Assembly (NCBI RefSeq): GCF_001194135.2
Contig: NC_068983.1
Span: forward strand, 99,513,281-99,568,184
Origin: Octopus bimaculoides
Taxonomy: Eukaryota
Direction: 5' to 3'
DNA: 54,904 bases
The notes beneath the pieces were generated by a model. The model was not told where the DNA came from. It worked only from the letters and a program-made list of their open reading frames with translations, and made no database searches. Position 1 is the stretch's first letter. The number at the start of each line of letters is the position of its first letter. This document shows, one piece after another, positions 11,981 to 24,699 of the stretch. The position numbers were made by a program, and so were the translations under genes.

Positions 11981-11998
11981 GATTTATCTTCTTTAATC

Positions 11999-12447
11999 AT
12001 GGAAAACCCCAAAAATATAATTACACCTAATTTTAAAAGTAAAGGTTATGAAAGTGTTAACCCAGTTGCATTGCTTCCGAAGTGTATGAGCCTCAATGAT
12101 TTTCATCTTGATAATCGGAACCCATTTCTTGATTCTCACAATGAAAAGGAATTACCACAATCGTCAAAGAAAAAACGAAAAATCAAAAAGCAACATATCG
12201 ATCACTGGCATATTAACAAAGAATATCGTGAAGAAATCGCATCGTTTTCATCTCACAATGAAGATCATATCAATTGTACGAATCAAAAATATATATCAGA
12301 AAATGAATTCTTCAATGATGCTTCCATTACGAACACATCTTTAATATATTCTGAATCTATAGGTACAAAGAAAAAAGTACAAAAATATGAAAAGAACCAG
12401 TATAAAGCTAAATGTGGGTTTACCAATTCTATGGAGAAACCAAACAG
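11999..12447 (+). CDS. First coding exon of an uncharacterised multi-exon gene
   Basis: 149 open codons from ATG (MENPKNIITPNF..MEKPN); donor AG|GTATCT, phase 2, joins in frame to 22431. Confidence 0.65.
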
Positions 12448-13277
12448 GTATCTACAAATTTGATAATATAAAGTTCTTTCTTTTAGGATGTAACACAAAA
12501 TTTAAAAAGTAACAGTATCTGATTTAAACTCATCTATTGTGAATTTGGTATTAGTCTGAGTAAGAAGATCGAGAAAGAAAGCCATTTTACTTCTTTCTTG
12601 ACTGGAAAATATGTACAATCGGGGAAAATATAAGCTATGCCCTAAAACTTGAATAGAAAAATATGCTTTCTTAGAACTCAAGAATGATCGGTATCAGTGA
12701 GTGTAAGGTCACTGAAAAACGCAAAACATTCAATGCGGTTTTGGAAATGTCTTTATAATTCTATGAAATTAAAATAACAATAGACTTTAAAATTTTATTG
12801 GAGGATAAGGAATTGGATAAGGAATTATTGGAGGATAAGGAATCCTTTTATTTGCGTTTCAACTAGAGAATTTTCAAGCGATCAAGAAAATTAGTACCTT
12901 TTTCTTTAACAAAAATTCAGAACAGTTGATGACTAAAATATATCAAGGAACGATTGAGATAAATAGTGAGATGGAACGATACATTTTATGTGAAAATATG
13001 ATGGACACTACTGTTGCATTGAAATCTAGTAGCAGGGTCAACTTAATAGTTTTATGGGTCTCAAGGCAAATCAGTGCACTGGGTCCTATAGTGTTTATTC
13101 ATTTACGGAATTGGGGCCCTAGACCTGTGAGGCCCCCGGCCAACTGTCCATTGCCTTAAGACGACACAGTGAAATAGTTTCCTCAAACGATATAATTTTG
13201 AAAAAAATTCTAATTGTGGTGAACTTTGAATACAACTCATATTGCTATTAGCATTCTATTATTACTAATGCATACTA

Positions 13278-13495
13278 AGGCGGCGAGCAGGCTGAATCAT
13301 TAACATGCCGGGCAAAATACTTAGCAGCATTTCGTCCGTCTTTACGTTCTGAGTTCGAATTCCACCGAGGTCGACTTTCTTTTTCGCCCTTTCCGGATCG
13401 ATAGAATAATACCCAGTTCGAGCACTGGTTGATGTAATCGACTTGTCCCCTCCTCCGAAACTGCTAGCCTTGTGCCAAAATTTGAAACCATTATT
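13278..13495 (+). mobile_element. SINE family A
   Basis: Same head, body and tail as 1690-1910. Confidence 0.8.
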
Positions 13496-13920
13496 ATTGA
13501 TATATACTGTCATTAGTATTTTTTTGTCTTGATATTTTGCTGACTAGTAAATCATATCGTCATCTGTACTTGAGTACTTATTTTAGCGAAGTTTTTTGTA
13601 CAACTAAACACTGCGTCATGGGGAAGGAAAAGGGCACAGATTAAGGGGTGGGTGGGGAAACGTTAAAAAGAAAATTGAAAGTTTTGGACGAAAAAACAAA
13701 CAAACAAAAAAAACAGAATTCTTCCAGAAACATTCCCATTGCATGAAACACAATTACTTAAATTGAAGGTGGGGGGACCTATCCAATTTGCAAGAGCTAT
13801 CATTAGATGATCGCTATTCCAAAACTCTGCTCTTATCTCATCGTCCACCACTCCGGAAGGATGAAAAACAAATCGACCATGGTAGGATTTGAACCCAGAA
13901 CATAACGGATCGTACACGCA

Positions 13921-13921
<1 letters not shown>

Positions 13922-13991
<70 letters not shown>

Positions 13992-13992
13992 A
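13922..13992. repeat. (CA)n microsatellite, representative of many
   Basis: Other simple repeats: (TA)n 9052-9092, 19741-19814, 54864-54904; (TATG)n 15317-15360; (TACA)n 27451-27500; (TC)n 35193-35240; (GA)n 18399-18440, 51502-51590. Confidence 0.95.
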
Positions 13993-14489
13993 CAGCATAT
14001 TAGCCTCTCCTTGTTGGTTCTGCGAGAAGAGGTTGCTAAGAGTCTGGCTCAAGACTTCACAATTACTAGAGAAAAAGATGATCTCAGTGGCTCTCCACAA
14101 CCTTAATCCGAAATCGGCTTCAGTATTGGACTAGTTGTTTATTTATTGTCTCCGAAAGGTGAAACGCAAAGTCGACGACGGTGGGATTTGAACTGAGAGC
14201 GCAGAGAACGGAAGCAAATAACGAAAGGCATTCGACCCGACACTAACGATTCTGTTAATTCGCTTTGTTTGTATGTCATCAATCAGTTTCATTTCTGTAT
14301 TTCTTGTCCATAGAGAAAGAGCCGGACTCTAACATAGATTCAAGGCTCCTTCATTGGAACTTTTATCAACATCATCTAGGTATTTGTGCATATGTGTGTG
14401 TGTGTGCAGTATTTGGTGTTAGTGTATGCGCAGATTTGTATGTTTGTTTTATGAATGCGTTTTTATGTCTATATTTTCATGTCTAGATG

Positions 14490-14721
14490 CATGCATATAT
14501 ATTTATGTGCTAAATTTTTGGAAAGTTTTACATATCTTTACAGTTCCATTGATGGCTTGAATCTGTAGTCTTCCAATCAGCCTTTTTCTTTCAAGTTTTG
14601 AGAACCCTAATTTTTCCAGGTTTTTGTTGAGGCAGATCGTTACATATCCCAATGCCCCAACAATCACGGGTATGAATCTGAACTTGTAGTCTGGGTGGAG
14701 TATCTGCAAATTTCTCAGTAG
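14490..14721 (-). mobile_element. R4/Dong-like LINE 3' remnant (restriction-like endonuclease region)
   Basis: LQILHPDYKFRFIPVIVGALGYV..LQIQAINGTVKICKTFQKF matches the RLE C-terminal pattern. Confidence 0.65.
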
Positions 14722-14833
14722 TATGTATGTATGTATGTATGTATGTAAGCTTGAATGCGTGCATATAAGCATATATAAATGTGTGTTCATATATGTATAT
14801 GCGTGTATATGTGTTTCTATTTGTGCATGCATA

Positions 14834-14889
<56 letters not shown>

Positions 14890-14936
14890 TAAAACTTACT
14901 TGGAAGAGGATGCGTGGCATTCAATCATATAATAAT

Positions 14937-14982
<46 letters not shown>

Positions 14983-15294
14983 CATATATACATACGTATA
15001 TGTACATAACTACATCTATATGTATATATATATATAAGCATACGTGGGTACAGGACGCCCTGAAACGTGTACAACAAAATATACGAAGCACGAGTACATG
15101 GAACATGAACTATTCTTTCGATCAACGAAAGACACAAATGGAAAACAAAACAAACAACATAAAGAACGACCCTTCATCAGTTGCTGGCTGTTTTTCTAGT
15201 GTGTCCACGTATGCTTATATATATACTTATAGATGTATGTATGTACATATACATATGTATATATGCTTATATATATATATTATTTATATTATAT

Positions 15295-15334
<40 letters not shown>

Positions 15335-15394
15335 ATGTATGTATGTATGTATGTATGTATTAATCGAAGTGTACAATATTATATATCTATTACG

Positions 15395-15481
15395 GCCGAT
15401 CTTACCGATCGGTTTCGCACTAGGGGTTCAACGGAGTATTAGGTAACAGTTCGATTATGTAACCCTGCGCTCTTCAGAGGT
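15395..15481 (-). ncRNA. Candidate type I hammerhead ribozyme motif, second architecture
   Basis: CUGAAGA (15471-15477), long stem II GCGCAGGGUU..AACCCCUAGUGC, GAAA (15413-15416), palindromic stem III CCGAUCGG, GUA site; stem I only partly paired. Confidence 0.5.
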
Positions 15482-16354
15482 AGCCATTATGGCATGAAAT
15501 TTGGCGACACACACACACACGCACACATATATGTATGTATGTATTTATACATGTGTGCGTGTACATATGTACTCATATATTAGTGTCTGTATACGTGTGC
15601 GTGAGTGGAAGAGCGAGAGAGAGAGAGAGAGAGAGAGAGTGAACATGTTTGTTGATATGCCATCCATTTGATGATTGTGTCTCCAGCAAAAAATTGAAGT
15701 AATGTCTGATCCATTCTTCCTTGTATGCTTTAAGCTCATTCTTTTCTTTTAACAATAGAGAGATGAGCGTACTTATTTTGAAAGTCTTCTTGGGCTGATA
15801 TTGCAATAGTAGAATGAACTTTAAATCAAATTAGTTTACAATTGAAGAATTATTCATAAATATTAACTTCCACGAATCATATATCTTTACATATTGACAT
15901 GTCAAACATGTCTTCAATCGATGTTCGTAGTATAAAATAAAATTTCATTTATTTACTCAGGTTTGTTATAAGCAGCAGTGGTTTAAATAACTTATTTACG
16001 CTGATATTCAGTGGAAAACGTGTATAAAAGAATAAAGACATTAGCTTTCAGCTTTGTAAAAACACACAAAAAGAACCAAACAAACAAAAAAAGTACACAG
16101 AAAATCAGGACACGAGGCGTTCTTATCGAACATTTGACTTGTTCCAAGCCTCCACCTGAGACAGTATTGAGCTTTTAACGTTTTTTTTTCTATTTACTTT
16201 GAAATTTTAGAGCAACTACATGGCATCATATATTCAAATTATAAACCGTTCCGTTTTTCTTTGTTTTTTTTTTTGTCTTCATTACTTTTTCTATCTTTAC
16301 AGTTTTTCTATCTTTACATTTTTTAACAATGATTTTTGATATTCCTTCTATTTA

Positions 16355-16510
16355 AGGCGGCAAGCTGGCAGAATCGTTTGCACAGTGAAATGTCTCTAAG
16401 CATTTCACTCGTTTTTACGTTCTGAGTTAATTCTACCAAGGTCTACCTTACCTGTCATCCTTCGACTTACTCCCCTATCCGAAATTGTTGCCTGAAATCG
16501 AAACCAATAT
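16355..16510 (+). mobile_element. SINE family A with internal deletion
   Basis: GGCGGCAAGCTGGCAGAATCG head. Confidence 0.7.
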
Positions 16511-18398
16511 TTCTTGTATTTTACAAACCATGATTCAGAAAGTTGCAGTACATTTCTTTTACATTTTTTTTTTTCTGTCCAACAAAGGCAATCGATGACG
16601 GAAGTTTTAGAGAATTAGATAAAACGCTTTACAGTATTAACTAACATCCCATTTTGCTCAGTGACATAGCTAGAGTGTGGGGCCCGGGAGAGCCTTCGAG
16701 TTTGCCGCCATCCTCACCATACAAGCTGATACAACTGACCCCACCCAGCTACGTTATGCTTCTTCATTTTAAGTTCAAATCTCACCGAGTCCGACTTGGC
16801 ATTTCATCTTCTGATGACATTCGGATGCTAGTTCTTCATTAAAAAAAAGAAAAGAAAGAATCTAAAAAGGCGGTTGAAAAAAAAAATGCATGTATGTACA
16901 TACATATATTTTTCAAGCTCCGTTTCCAGATTCTTTTACGACAAGCTTCCACGCAACTTCTGCCTTTCAAATTCACTCGGCACGGTGATGTAGTAGGAAC
17001 CGCTCACCCAAGAAAATGGACAGAGTAAAGTGAAAGAGGAGGGAAGGTGTGAATGAAGAGAAAGCCAGGAAATGTGAGAGAGGGGGAACGTTCATTCTTT
17101 CTTTTTTCTATCAGCTCCTTCACACTTACTTCGTTCTTTCCACTCTTCTTGCTTTCGTTACCTCTCTTACATTTTCTGACTTTCTCTTCATTTTCACCTT
17201 CCCTCCTCTTTCATTTCACCGTCCCTTTTGTTTTTTCCCGTCACTCCCTATTCTTCTATCCCTCTGCCTCTACCTCTCTCCTCTCTCTCTATGTGACCGG
17301 TGTTCGGCCAAGCCTGACCTTTCTTTCTTGGTTCGATTACCATCCGTGCAACATCTATATTCCTCCCCATGCCTGTCATCACCTATGTCCCTGCCGTAAG
17401 GCTTCACTTCCACACACGCCAGCTTAATTTAATTCGTCCTTAGCCGAAAGACACTTGTTGTTAATGTCCTGCTATTTGCATTTGTATTTGTGTACTATTT
17501 CTCCGTTTTTTCTTTCCGTCCTTGTTTTCGTATACATTCATTGCTTTCTTCCAAGGAATCTAGTGCTCTTAGCTTAGTTTTTTTCCTTGGGGCTGGCCGG
17601 ATTGGAGCAATCTCGAGTATAACCATCCGAAATTACAAAGATAATCTGGAACTCGACTGAAGAAAGAAAACTNNNNNNNNNNNNNNNNNNNNNNNNNNNN
17701 NNNNNNNNNNNNNNNNNNNNNNNNNNNNNNNNNNNNNNNNNNNNNNNNNNNNNNNNNNNNNNNNNNNNNNNNNNNNNNNNNNNNNNNNNNNNNNNNNNNN
17801 NNNNNNNNNNNNNNNNNNNNNNNNNNNNNNNNNNNNNNNNNNNNNNNNNNNNNNNNNNNNNNNNNNNNNNNNNNNNNNNNNNNNNNNNNNNNNNNNNNNN
17901 NNNNNNNNNNNNNNNNNNNNNNNNNNNNNNNNNNNNNNNNNNNNNNNNNNNNNNNNNNNNNNNNNNNNNNNNNNNNNNNNNNNNNNNNNNNNNNNNNNNN
18001 NNNNNNNNNNNNNNNNNNNNNNNNNNNNNNNNNNNNNNNNNNNNNNNNNNNNNNNNNNNNNNNNNNNNNNNNNNNNNNNNNNNNNNNNNNNNNNNNNNNN
18101 NNNNNNNNNNNNNNNNNNNNNNNNNNNNNNNNNNNNNNNNNNNNNNNNNNNNNNNNNNNNNNNNNNNNNNNNNNNNNNNNNNNNNNNNNNNNNNNNNNNN
18201 NNNNNNNNNNNNNNNNNNNNNNNNNNNNNNNNNNNNNNNNNNNNNNNNNNNNNNNNNNNNNNNNNNNNNNNNNNNNNNNNNNNNNNNNNNNNNNNNNNNN
18301 NNNNNNNNNNNNNNNNNNNNNNNNNNNNNNNNNNNNNNNNNNNNNNNNNNNNNNNNNNNNNNNNNNNNNNNNNNNNNNNNNNNNNNNNNNNNNNNNNN

Positions 18399-18441
<43 letters not shown>

Positions 18442-19552
18442 AAGAAAGAAATATAGATAGATAGATAGATAGATAATCACTTAACATCCATGTTCTATTA
18501 TTAGAACGGTTCAACAAAATCAGACTAACCTCTGAGGTCTGTTTTGGCTAGGTGTCTACTGCTGGCTGCTCTTCCATATGTATCATCAATTGAATTCTTT
18601 AAATGCTTGAGAAACTCCAGTAGATTGAAAGCAATCGTACACTCTATTGATATCAATACTAATATCAATAAATTAAATTTGCTCTCTCACAAACTAGTAT
18701 CGAGTTCTTTTATTTTATTTTGGGCCATTTTGATCTCACGAACAGTCTTAATAATATTCTTGTACATGTCAAATCTTTTCTTTTTTTATTATCTAAAGCC
18801 TCACTTACTCATTCTAATTCGAATAAATTACGATCTAGAAATATGCTCCTCCATCTTTTCGTGAAGAATCTTTTCACTATTAAATCCTATTAAATTTAGA
18901 AAACATAATAATAGCTTTCAAACGATTTTTTAAAGTCAAATTATAAACTGTTAAAAATTCCGATAAAGTTTTATTGCAACTGCATAAGAAAAATATGTCT
19001 GAAATCCACAACGCAGATTCTTGTCTAATTCTAAAACCAACATTTAGAGGAAATCCAATTTGAACATTGTTCATGATATTAACATACATAGCCATGCCCA
19101 CTCTTACCTTAAAAAAAAAAAAAAGATGGAAGGAAAGAGTACTTCAGACTTTGAAGTCATCGATAGAACACAACAATTCACACAGCAATACCAACACTTC
19201 ACCTTTAAAGACCATGACATTAACTGTAAACAGAAAGAAACTTTAAATTAACAAGCCCATCAAAACTGACATAAAAGTCACCTGTATACATATACTACAT
19301 AAAGTTATACACAAATCCGAGAATATCCTGCCTCTGTCTCAATGAAATAACATCTAAACCGTTGTAGATTGGTTTCTAATAAAACTGATGTTAAATTCTT
19401 AGCTTGATATCAAAGACAACAACCCATCTGTCTTCAAATAACTGTTTATTAATGTCCTCACTTTTACCGAATTAATAACAAAATTAAAGAATTTTGAAAC
19501 AGATATTATCCTACAAGCACAGAAAATCATAGTTAATCATGTCAAGTCCATC

Positions 19553-19680
19553 ATCATCATTTAATGTCCGTTGTCCATGCTGGCATGGGTTGGACGGTTA
19601 GACCAGAGCTAAGGAGCTGCACCACACTCTTGTTTGATTTGGTATTGCTTCTACGGCTGGATGCCCTTCCTATCGCGATG
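19553..19680 (-). mobile_element. RTE 3'-tail fragment
   Basis: Reverse complement of the (GAT)n-ended tail seen at 1-212. Confidence 0.75.
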
Positions 19681-19737
19681 AAAAAATAGCAAAAAGCGTA
19701 TAGCATTCTTTATGGCACTAGTATGGGATCAAATGAC

Positions 19738-19813
<76 letters not shown>

Positions 19814-19818
<5 letters not shown>

Positions 19819-20092
19819 CCGGTTTTAAGCCAACTAGACAGATTTGTTCAAATTGGGCCCCGCACCAAGAGAGGGCCCCGTGCACATGCTCGACTTGTAA
19901 TGAAACGTTAAAACTTTCAATTAAGCTTTAAATTTTTGTATATCATTGTGGCTAATGATGGAACCTCAAGCCCTCAACGCTTTTTGATTGGGGCTGGCGT
20001 ACAACACGAAACAAAACATCGATCTTTAGCTTTGTAGAGGGCCCCACTGACAATTCTCTAACTGGACCCCACATTTCCAAGTGCCGGCCCTG
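19814..20092. mobile_element. hAT-like MITE
   Basis: TIRs TAGGGCCGG / CCGGCCCTG. Confidence 0.6.
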
Positions 20093-20470
20093 CATATATT
20101 GTCAAAATTATATCAGTTTCCTCATATTGTTGGTGGTTTATATGGGGATAGCATTCTACTGTTCTTAAGCAATTTTTACCCACAACAGACACTGAAAACA
20201 CCTACACCTCTTCTTCAAACCAACTAGATCAACATAGATACTAACTTTTTAAATGTAACATTGACCATGGGAAAATCCGAATAACACCCAAGATGTAAGC
20301 CCAACAAAATTTTTACTCCATCCACAGATTGCTCGAAGCAGTAACATCAAGGAAACAAATTTAAGACCAGTTTATATGTTTTTATAAATATTTGAACCTG
20401 TTAAAGGTATTTTACTGCAGTTTGTCTATAGTGCATCAAATAAAAGGCCTTGCAACAATTCACGATTTTC

Positions 20471-20853
20471 AGGCGGCGAGCTGGCAGAATCGTTAATCCG
20501 CTGGGCAAAATATTTAGCGCTATTTTATCCATCTTTATGTTCTGAGTTCAAATTCCCCCGGCTTTTACTTTTCTTTTTATTCTTTCAGGGTCGATAAAAT
20601 AAGTGCCAAAATTTGAAACTAATATTCAATTATCTTTAGTCAGCGAGCCAGCAGAAACGTTAACGCGCCAGGCAAAATGTTCAGCGGCATTTCGTCCGTC
20701 CTTACGTTCTGAGTTCAAACTCCGCTGGGGTCTACGTACCCTTTCGTCCTTTCGGGGTCGGTAAAATAAGTGCCAATTCAGCACTGAGATCGATGTAATC
20801 GACTTATCCTCTCCCCTAAATTGCTGGCCTTGTGCCAAAATTTGAATCAATAT
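20471..20853 (+). mobile_element. Two adjacent SINE family A copies
   Basis: Heads at ~20471 and ~20641. Confidence 0.8.
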
Positions 20854-21879
20854 TTAATGACCTTTACTCTGAAGTCAAATCAGACTGAGATCAACTTTGC
20901 ATGGTATCCTTCCAGAGAAGATTTAATCTACTGCCTTTCGAAATGTACATACCTCATTTGGTTCTTTTAAACACCGTGTCAACAAAATAAGAAGTAGGGT
21001 TTGGATACTGCTCTCGTGGCCTGAGACGATTATACTTCTAAAAAAGTATTTTATTAACAGAATCGTTAGAGTGACGGACAAAATGCTTTGTGGTTTTTAG
21101 TTGCGTATCTTGACGTCTGAGATCAAATGCTACGAGGTCGACTTGACCTTTTGTTCTTCTGAGGCCGATAAAATAAGTAGCAGTTGTATATCGAGACAAT
21201 CTATTGATTATCCCCTAGCTTTAACATGTTAGAAATCAATATTATTATTTATTCTCATTTATGACAGTATGTAGAATAGCGGCCAAAATGCCATACGATA
21301 TTTAGCAACCCCTTTCTGTGTTCTGATTCAAATTCCGCTCGTGTCGACTTCACTTTTCATGCTTATGGAATCGATAAAATATGTACCATTCAAGTATTAA
21401 AGTTTAGAAAATAACTCTTCCCTCTAAATCTGAGGTTTTGTACATACACTAGAGACAACTATTCATATATGAACTACAGCAACTTCGCAGAAATGTTGGA
21501 GCGCTAAAATTGTGTATTCAAGCATTTGTTTTCGTCCTTCTGCATACTGTGCTTAAATCCCGTCAGTGTTGTCTTTCCCGAATCTGTAAAATAATTAAAT
21601 AATTACTAGCAATATCGTAGAAACAATGCAAATCAATAAGAGCATAAGATAAATTATTTTGTGGCGTTCTTTCCGGTTCTTTGTTAGCTGTGTTCAAATC
21701 TCGCGGAAGTCAACTTTTCCTTCATTCTTTCAGAGTCGATAAATAAAGTTTTTGTCTAACATTTTGGTCAGACCTGGAAAGAGGATGGCCCCTACTAACT
21801 TTGAATGTCACAGCATCATGGCTCAGTAAAGGAGCCTCCTTTTACAAACTAACATAGAAATATCATTTTTCATCTAAAC

Positions 21880-22222
21880 CAGGGTTTCTCAAACATTTTT
21901 TTTTAATCTTTGGACCCCTTTGATTACTATTTTATTCTGGTGGACGCTCATAGCCATTTGATGGTAAAAAATTAATAGAAACTCTTTCAAAATTCATATT
22001 TTGTTTTTCACATTCACTTGTGTAGTTTGATCTGTGTAACATATTAGAGAAAGAAACCTCACTGTTCCTTGCAATAAATAACAATACATACATCTAAAGC
22101 AACATTTTTTTCAGGGGCCCTTAAAATACTATTGTGGATTCCCTATTTACTATTTTGTTGTGTGCACCCCCAAAAATATATGGAGCTTCAAGGGTCATAT
22201 GGACCCTGGTTGAGAGCCACTG
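21880..22222. mobile_element. hAT (Charlie-like) MITE
   Basis: Imperfect TIRs CAGGGTTTCTCAAAC / GTTGAGAGCCACTG; 8-bp TSD ATCTAAAC / GTCTAAAC. Confidence 0.75.
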
Positions 22223-22430
22223 GTCTAAACTCATGATTAAGTCGAAAAATAATTTCAGGGAGTTGGTAAATCTGGTCCATTGTCACACAAAATAGCATAC
22301 AAAAACAGAACTGTCAATAATATTCTCTGGTCGATTCAGCTGGTTATACCCGCTCCCTTTTAGAGATTGATAATGTTCCTTGTCTGATCAAATCATTTTT
22401 TTTTCTTTTTATTATTATTGTTGTTATCAG

Positions 22431-22585
22431 ATCAGAAATTATTTTGTTTGACATCAAACCTTTTAATATTGTGTCTATGTCAGGTCACACAACTCAAGTT
22501 CAAAAAACAGGAAACGTAAAAAAAATTCAAATTCATTCATTCAGTACTCTCTATTGGACCAACAAGCGTTCCTGTTATGGTTCAG
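22431..22585 (+). CDS. Exon 2 of the + strand gene
   Basis: T-rich acceptor TTGTTATCAG, donor CAG|GTGAGA; phase 2 to 1; SEIILFDIKPFNIVSMSGHTTQVQKTGNVKKIQIHSFSTLYWTNKRSCYGS is open. Confidence 0.7.
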
Positions 22586-22788
22586 GTGAGATGTTCATTT
22601 GTTTTTGCACCTTAGTATTTTTCTTTTCTTTATTGATTGCTTATGAAGTATTCTCTGTGAGAAACGCTAGATGTGCTAAAGATCTATTATGTCACCATTA
22701 AAGAGAGGTTTGGGTATGAAAAGATAACTATCTTAGTGTTACATAAAACAGTCCTAACAGTAAGTATCGATATTCCATAACAGAATAA

Positions 22789-23608
22789 GGCGGCAAACTG
22801 GCAGAAACGTTAGCGCGCCGGGCGAAATGCTTAGCGGTATTTCGTCTGTCTTTACGTTTTGAGTTCAAATTCCGCCGAGGTCGACTTTGCCTTTCATCCT
22901 TTCGGGGCCGATAAATTAAGTAACAGTTGCGTACTAGGGTAGATCTAATCGACTGGCCCCTTCCCCAAAAGTTTCGAGCCTTGTGCCTAGAGTAGAAAAG
23001 AATCGTTAGTTCGCTGGGCAAAATGCTTAGCAGCATTTTGTCGTCTTTACGTTCTTAGTTCAGATTCCGCCGAGGTCTACTTTGCTTGTCATCCTTTCGG
23101 GGTCGATAAATTAAGTACCAGTTGCATACTGGGTTGCTCTNNNNNNNNNNAATTTCGGGCCTTGTGCCTAAAGTAGAAAAGAATGTATGCTTTTCATCCA
23201 AAAAAGGCGGCGAGTTGGTTGAAACGTTAGCACGATGGACGAAATGCTTAGCGGTATTTCGTCTGTCTTTACGTTTTGAGTTCAAATTCCGCTTAGGTCG
23301 ACTTTACCTTTCATCCTTTCGGGGCCGGTAAATTAAGTAACAGTTGCGTACTAGGGTCGATCTAATCGACTGCTCCCCTCCCCAAAAGTTTCGGACCTTG
23401 TGCCTAGAGTAGAAAAGAATCGTTAGTACGTTGGGCAAAATGCTTAGCATTAGTCCGTCTTTACGTTCTTAGTTCAAATGCCACGGGGGTCAACTTTACC
23501 TTTCATTCTTTCGGGGTCGATAAAATAAGTACCAGTTCTGCACTGGGGTCAATGTAATGGGCTAACTCACTCACTCGAAATTGCTAAACTTGTGCCAAAA
23601 TTTGAAAC
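22789..23608 (+). repeat. Head-to-tail concatemer of four SINE family A units
   Basis: Units at ~22789, 23003, 23206 and 23421; units 2 and 4 lack the first ~20 nt. Confidence 0.85.
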
Positions 23609-23775
23609 CTATATTTCATAACAGACTTATTTCAATAAAATTGTTTGATGGCTAATACCAGAAGGAAAAATGAATGCCACAATACATGTGATAGCCTCAT
23701 GTATGTTTAAAAGAGTTTTGTTTTATCGCTCAAAGGCAAGTAAAAACAAACAAACAAAAAAAAGCATATTTTCAT

Positions 23776-24290
23776 GCAGTGTACTATAGTAAAAAAGTAA
23801 CCCGGAAGTGACGAGAATGTCATCCCAGAATTTTATAAAAAGAACTTAAAGATTTCCCTCATTATGCCACGCTCACGATCACTTACATGTTTAGCACTGT
23901 CTAGCGATGTGTTAAGCATTTCAGAAGCAACAGCTGAGGTACACCGTTTCAATGTACTATTCCTATCATTGAGACAGCAACTCGGTGGCTTGCAAGTCAG
24001 CACATGATAAACAACGCAGTTACATGTGAGCAGTGTAATAAATCCTACTCGATTAATGAGCTGTAGAGAAAGATCCGACAAGAAGCAGTGGCGTTGTTCT
24101 TGTAAATTTGTGAATTCACTTAGAGAATACGAGCAAATTCCTTTTTCGAGAAGGGCCAGTTGACTCTACCAATGATAATTCAAGTAAAGTACATGTTGGT
24201 AAAAGACTATGTCACCACTTCCGGCTTCTATCGCAATTTACTTAAATTTTTTAGGACAATTCACTTTCACTTTTTACGACAGTAAACTGC
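23776..24290 (+). mobile_element. Internally deleted Merlin (IS1016/ISXO2-like) DNA transposon
   Basis: Imperfect TIRs GCAGTGTACTATAGTAAAAAAGT / ACTTTTTACGACAGTAAACTGC; frameshifted WLASQHMINNAVTCEQC..KQWRCSC..IRANSFFEKGQLTL zinc-ribbon region. Confidence 0.6.
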
Positions 24291-24699
24291 GTCTTATTAA
24301 CCAATTATTAATGTAGCAGTCATCATCATCATCATCAATGATGTTAGCTGGGCGTCTCGAAAGGAGACCGTGTGTTCAAGTCGTGGACAAAACAGGTTTA
24401 CACGGGAATGATTTCCAACAAACTTTCAGACTCATGGAAGCTGAATTCTACACTGCTAGCTAAACCCCCGTCACCTTATTGATTTCCCTGTAGTGTCACA
24501 ACCCAAAGCAGCGAATTGTTCTTACTGCTGTATTTATAGTCAATGATTTGGACAGCGTGGTTTGTGAGTTTAGTATCTGAGCACAGCGTTGATGATAGGA
24601 TACAAACTTCCGATCTCTTTGCTTATTCCTATCCACTCAGCTATTCAGTCTGTCGTAAAAGAACCATACGTCTTCATAATTATGTAACACATCAAAGAG

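Larger units (their letters stand above)
18900..20340 (+). mobile_element. Penelope-like RT remnant interrupted by later insertions
   Basis: Degenerate HFTFKDH..TVVDWF..DIILQAQKII (19190-19540) and GGLYGDS..NIDTNFLNVTL (20130-20270). Confidence 0.55.

Noticed and set aside
15040-15210. CTGATGA on the minus strand and GAAAC on the plus strand as a hammerhead
   Set aside because: The core halves are on opposite strands and no stem II partner was found.
14781-15446. 221-aa ORF and many THTH/VCVC/YIYI ORFs
   Set aside because: Translations of microsatellites, with no coding signal.
22789-23608. Repeat array superficially like CRISPR
   Set aside because: Units are ~200-bp SINEs with no unique spacers; eukaryotic context and no cas genes.
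24540-24563. 24-nt candidate micro-exon (TATAG|..TTT|GTGAGT), phase 1 to 1
   Set aside because: Compatible with the gene model but not required by it, and such sites occur by chance; needs RNA evidence.
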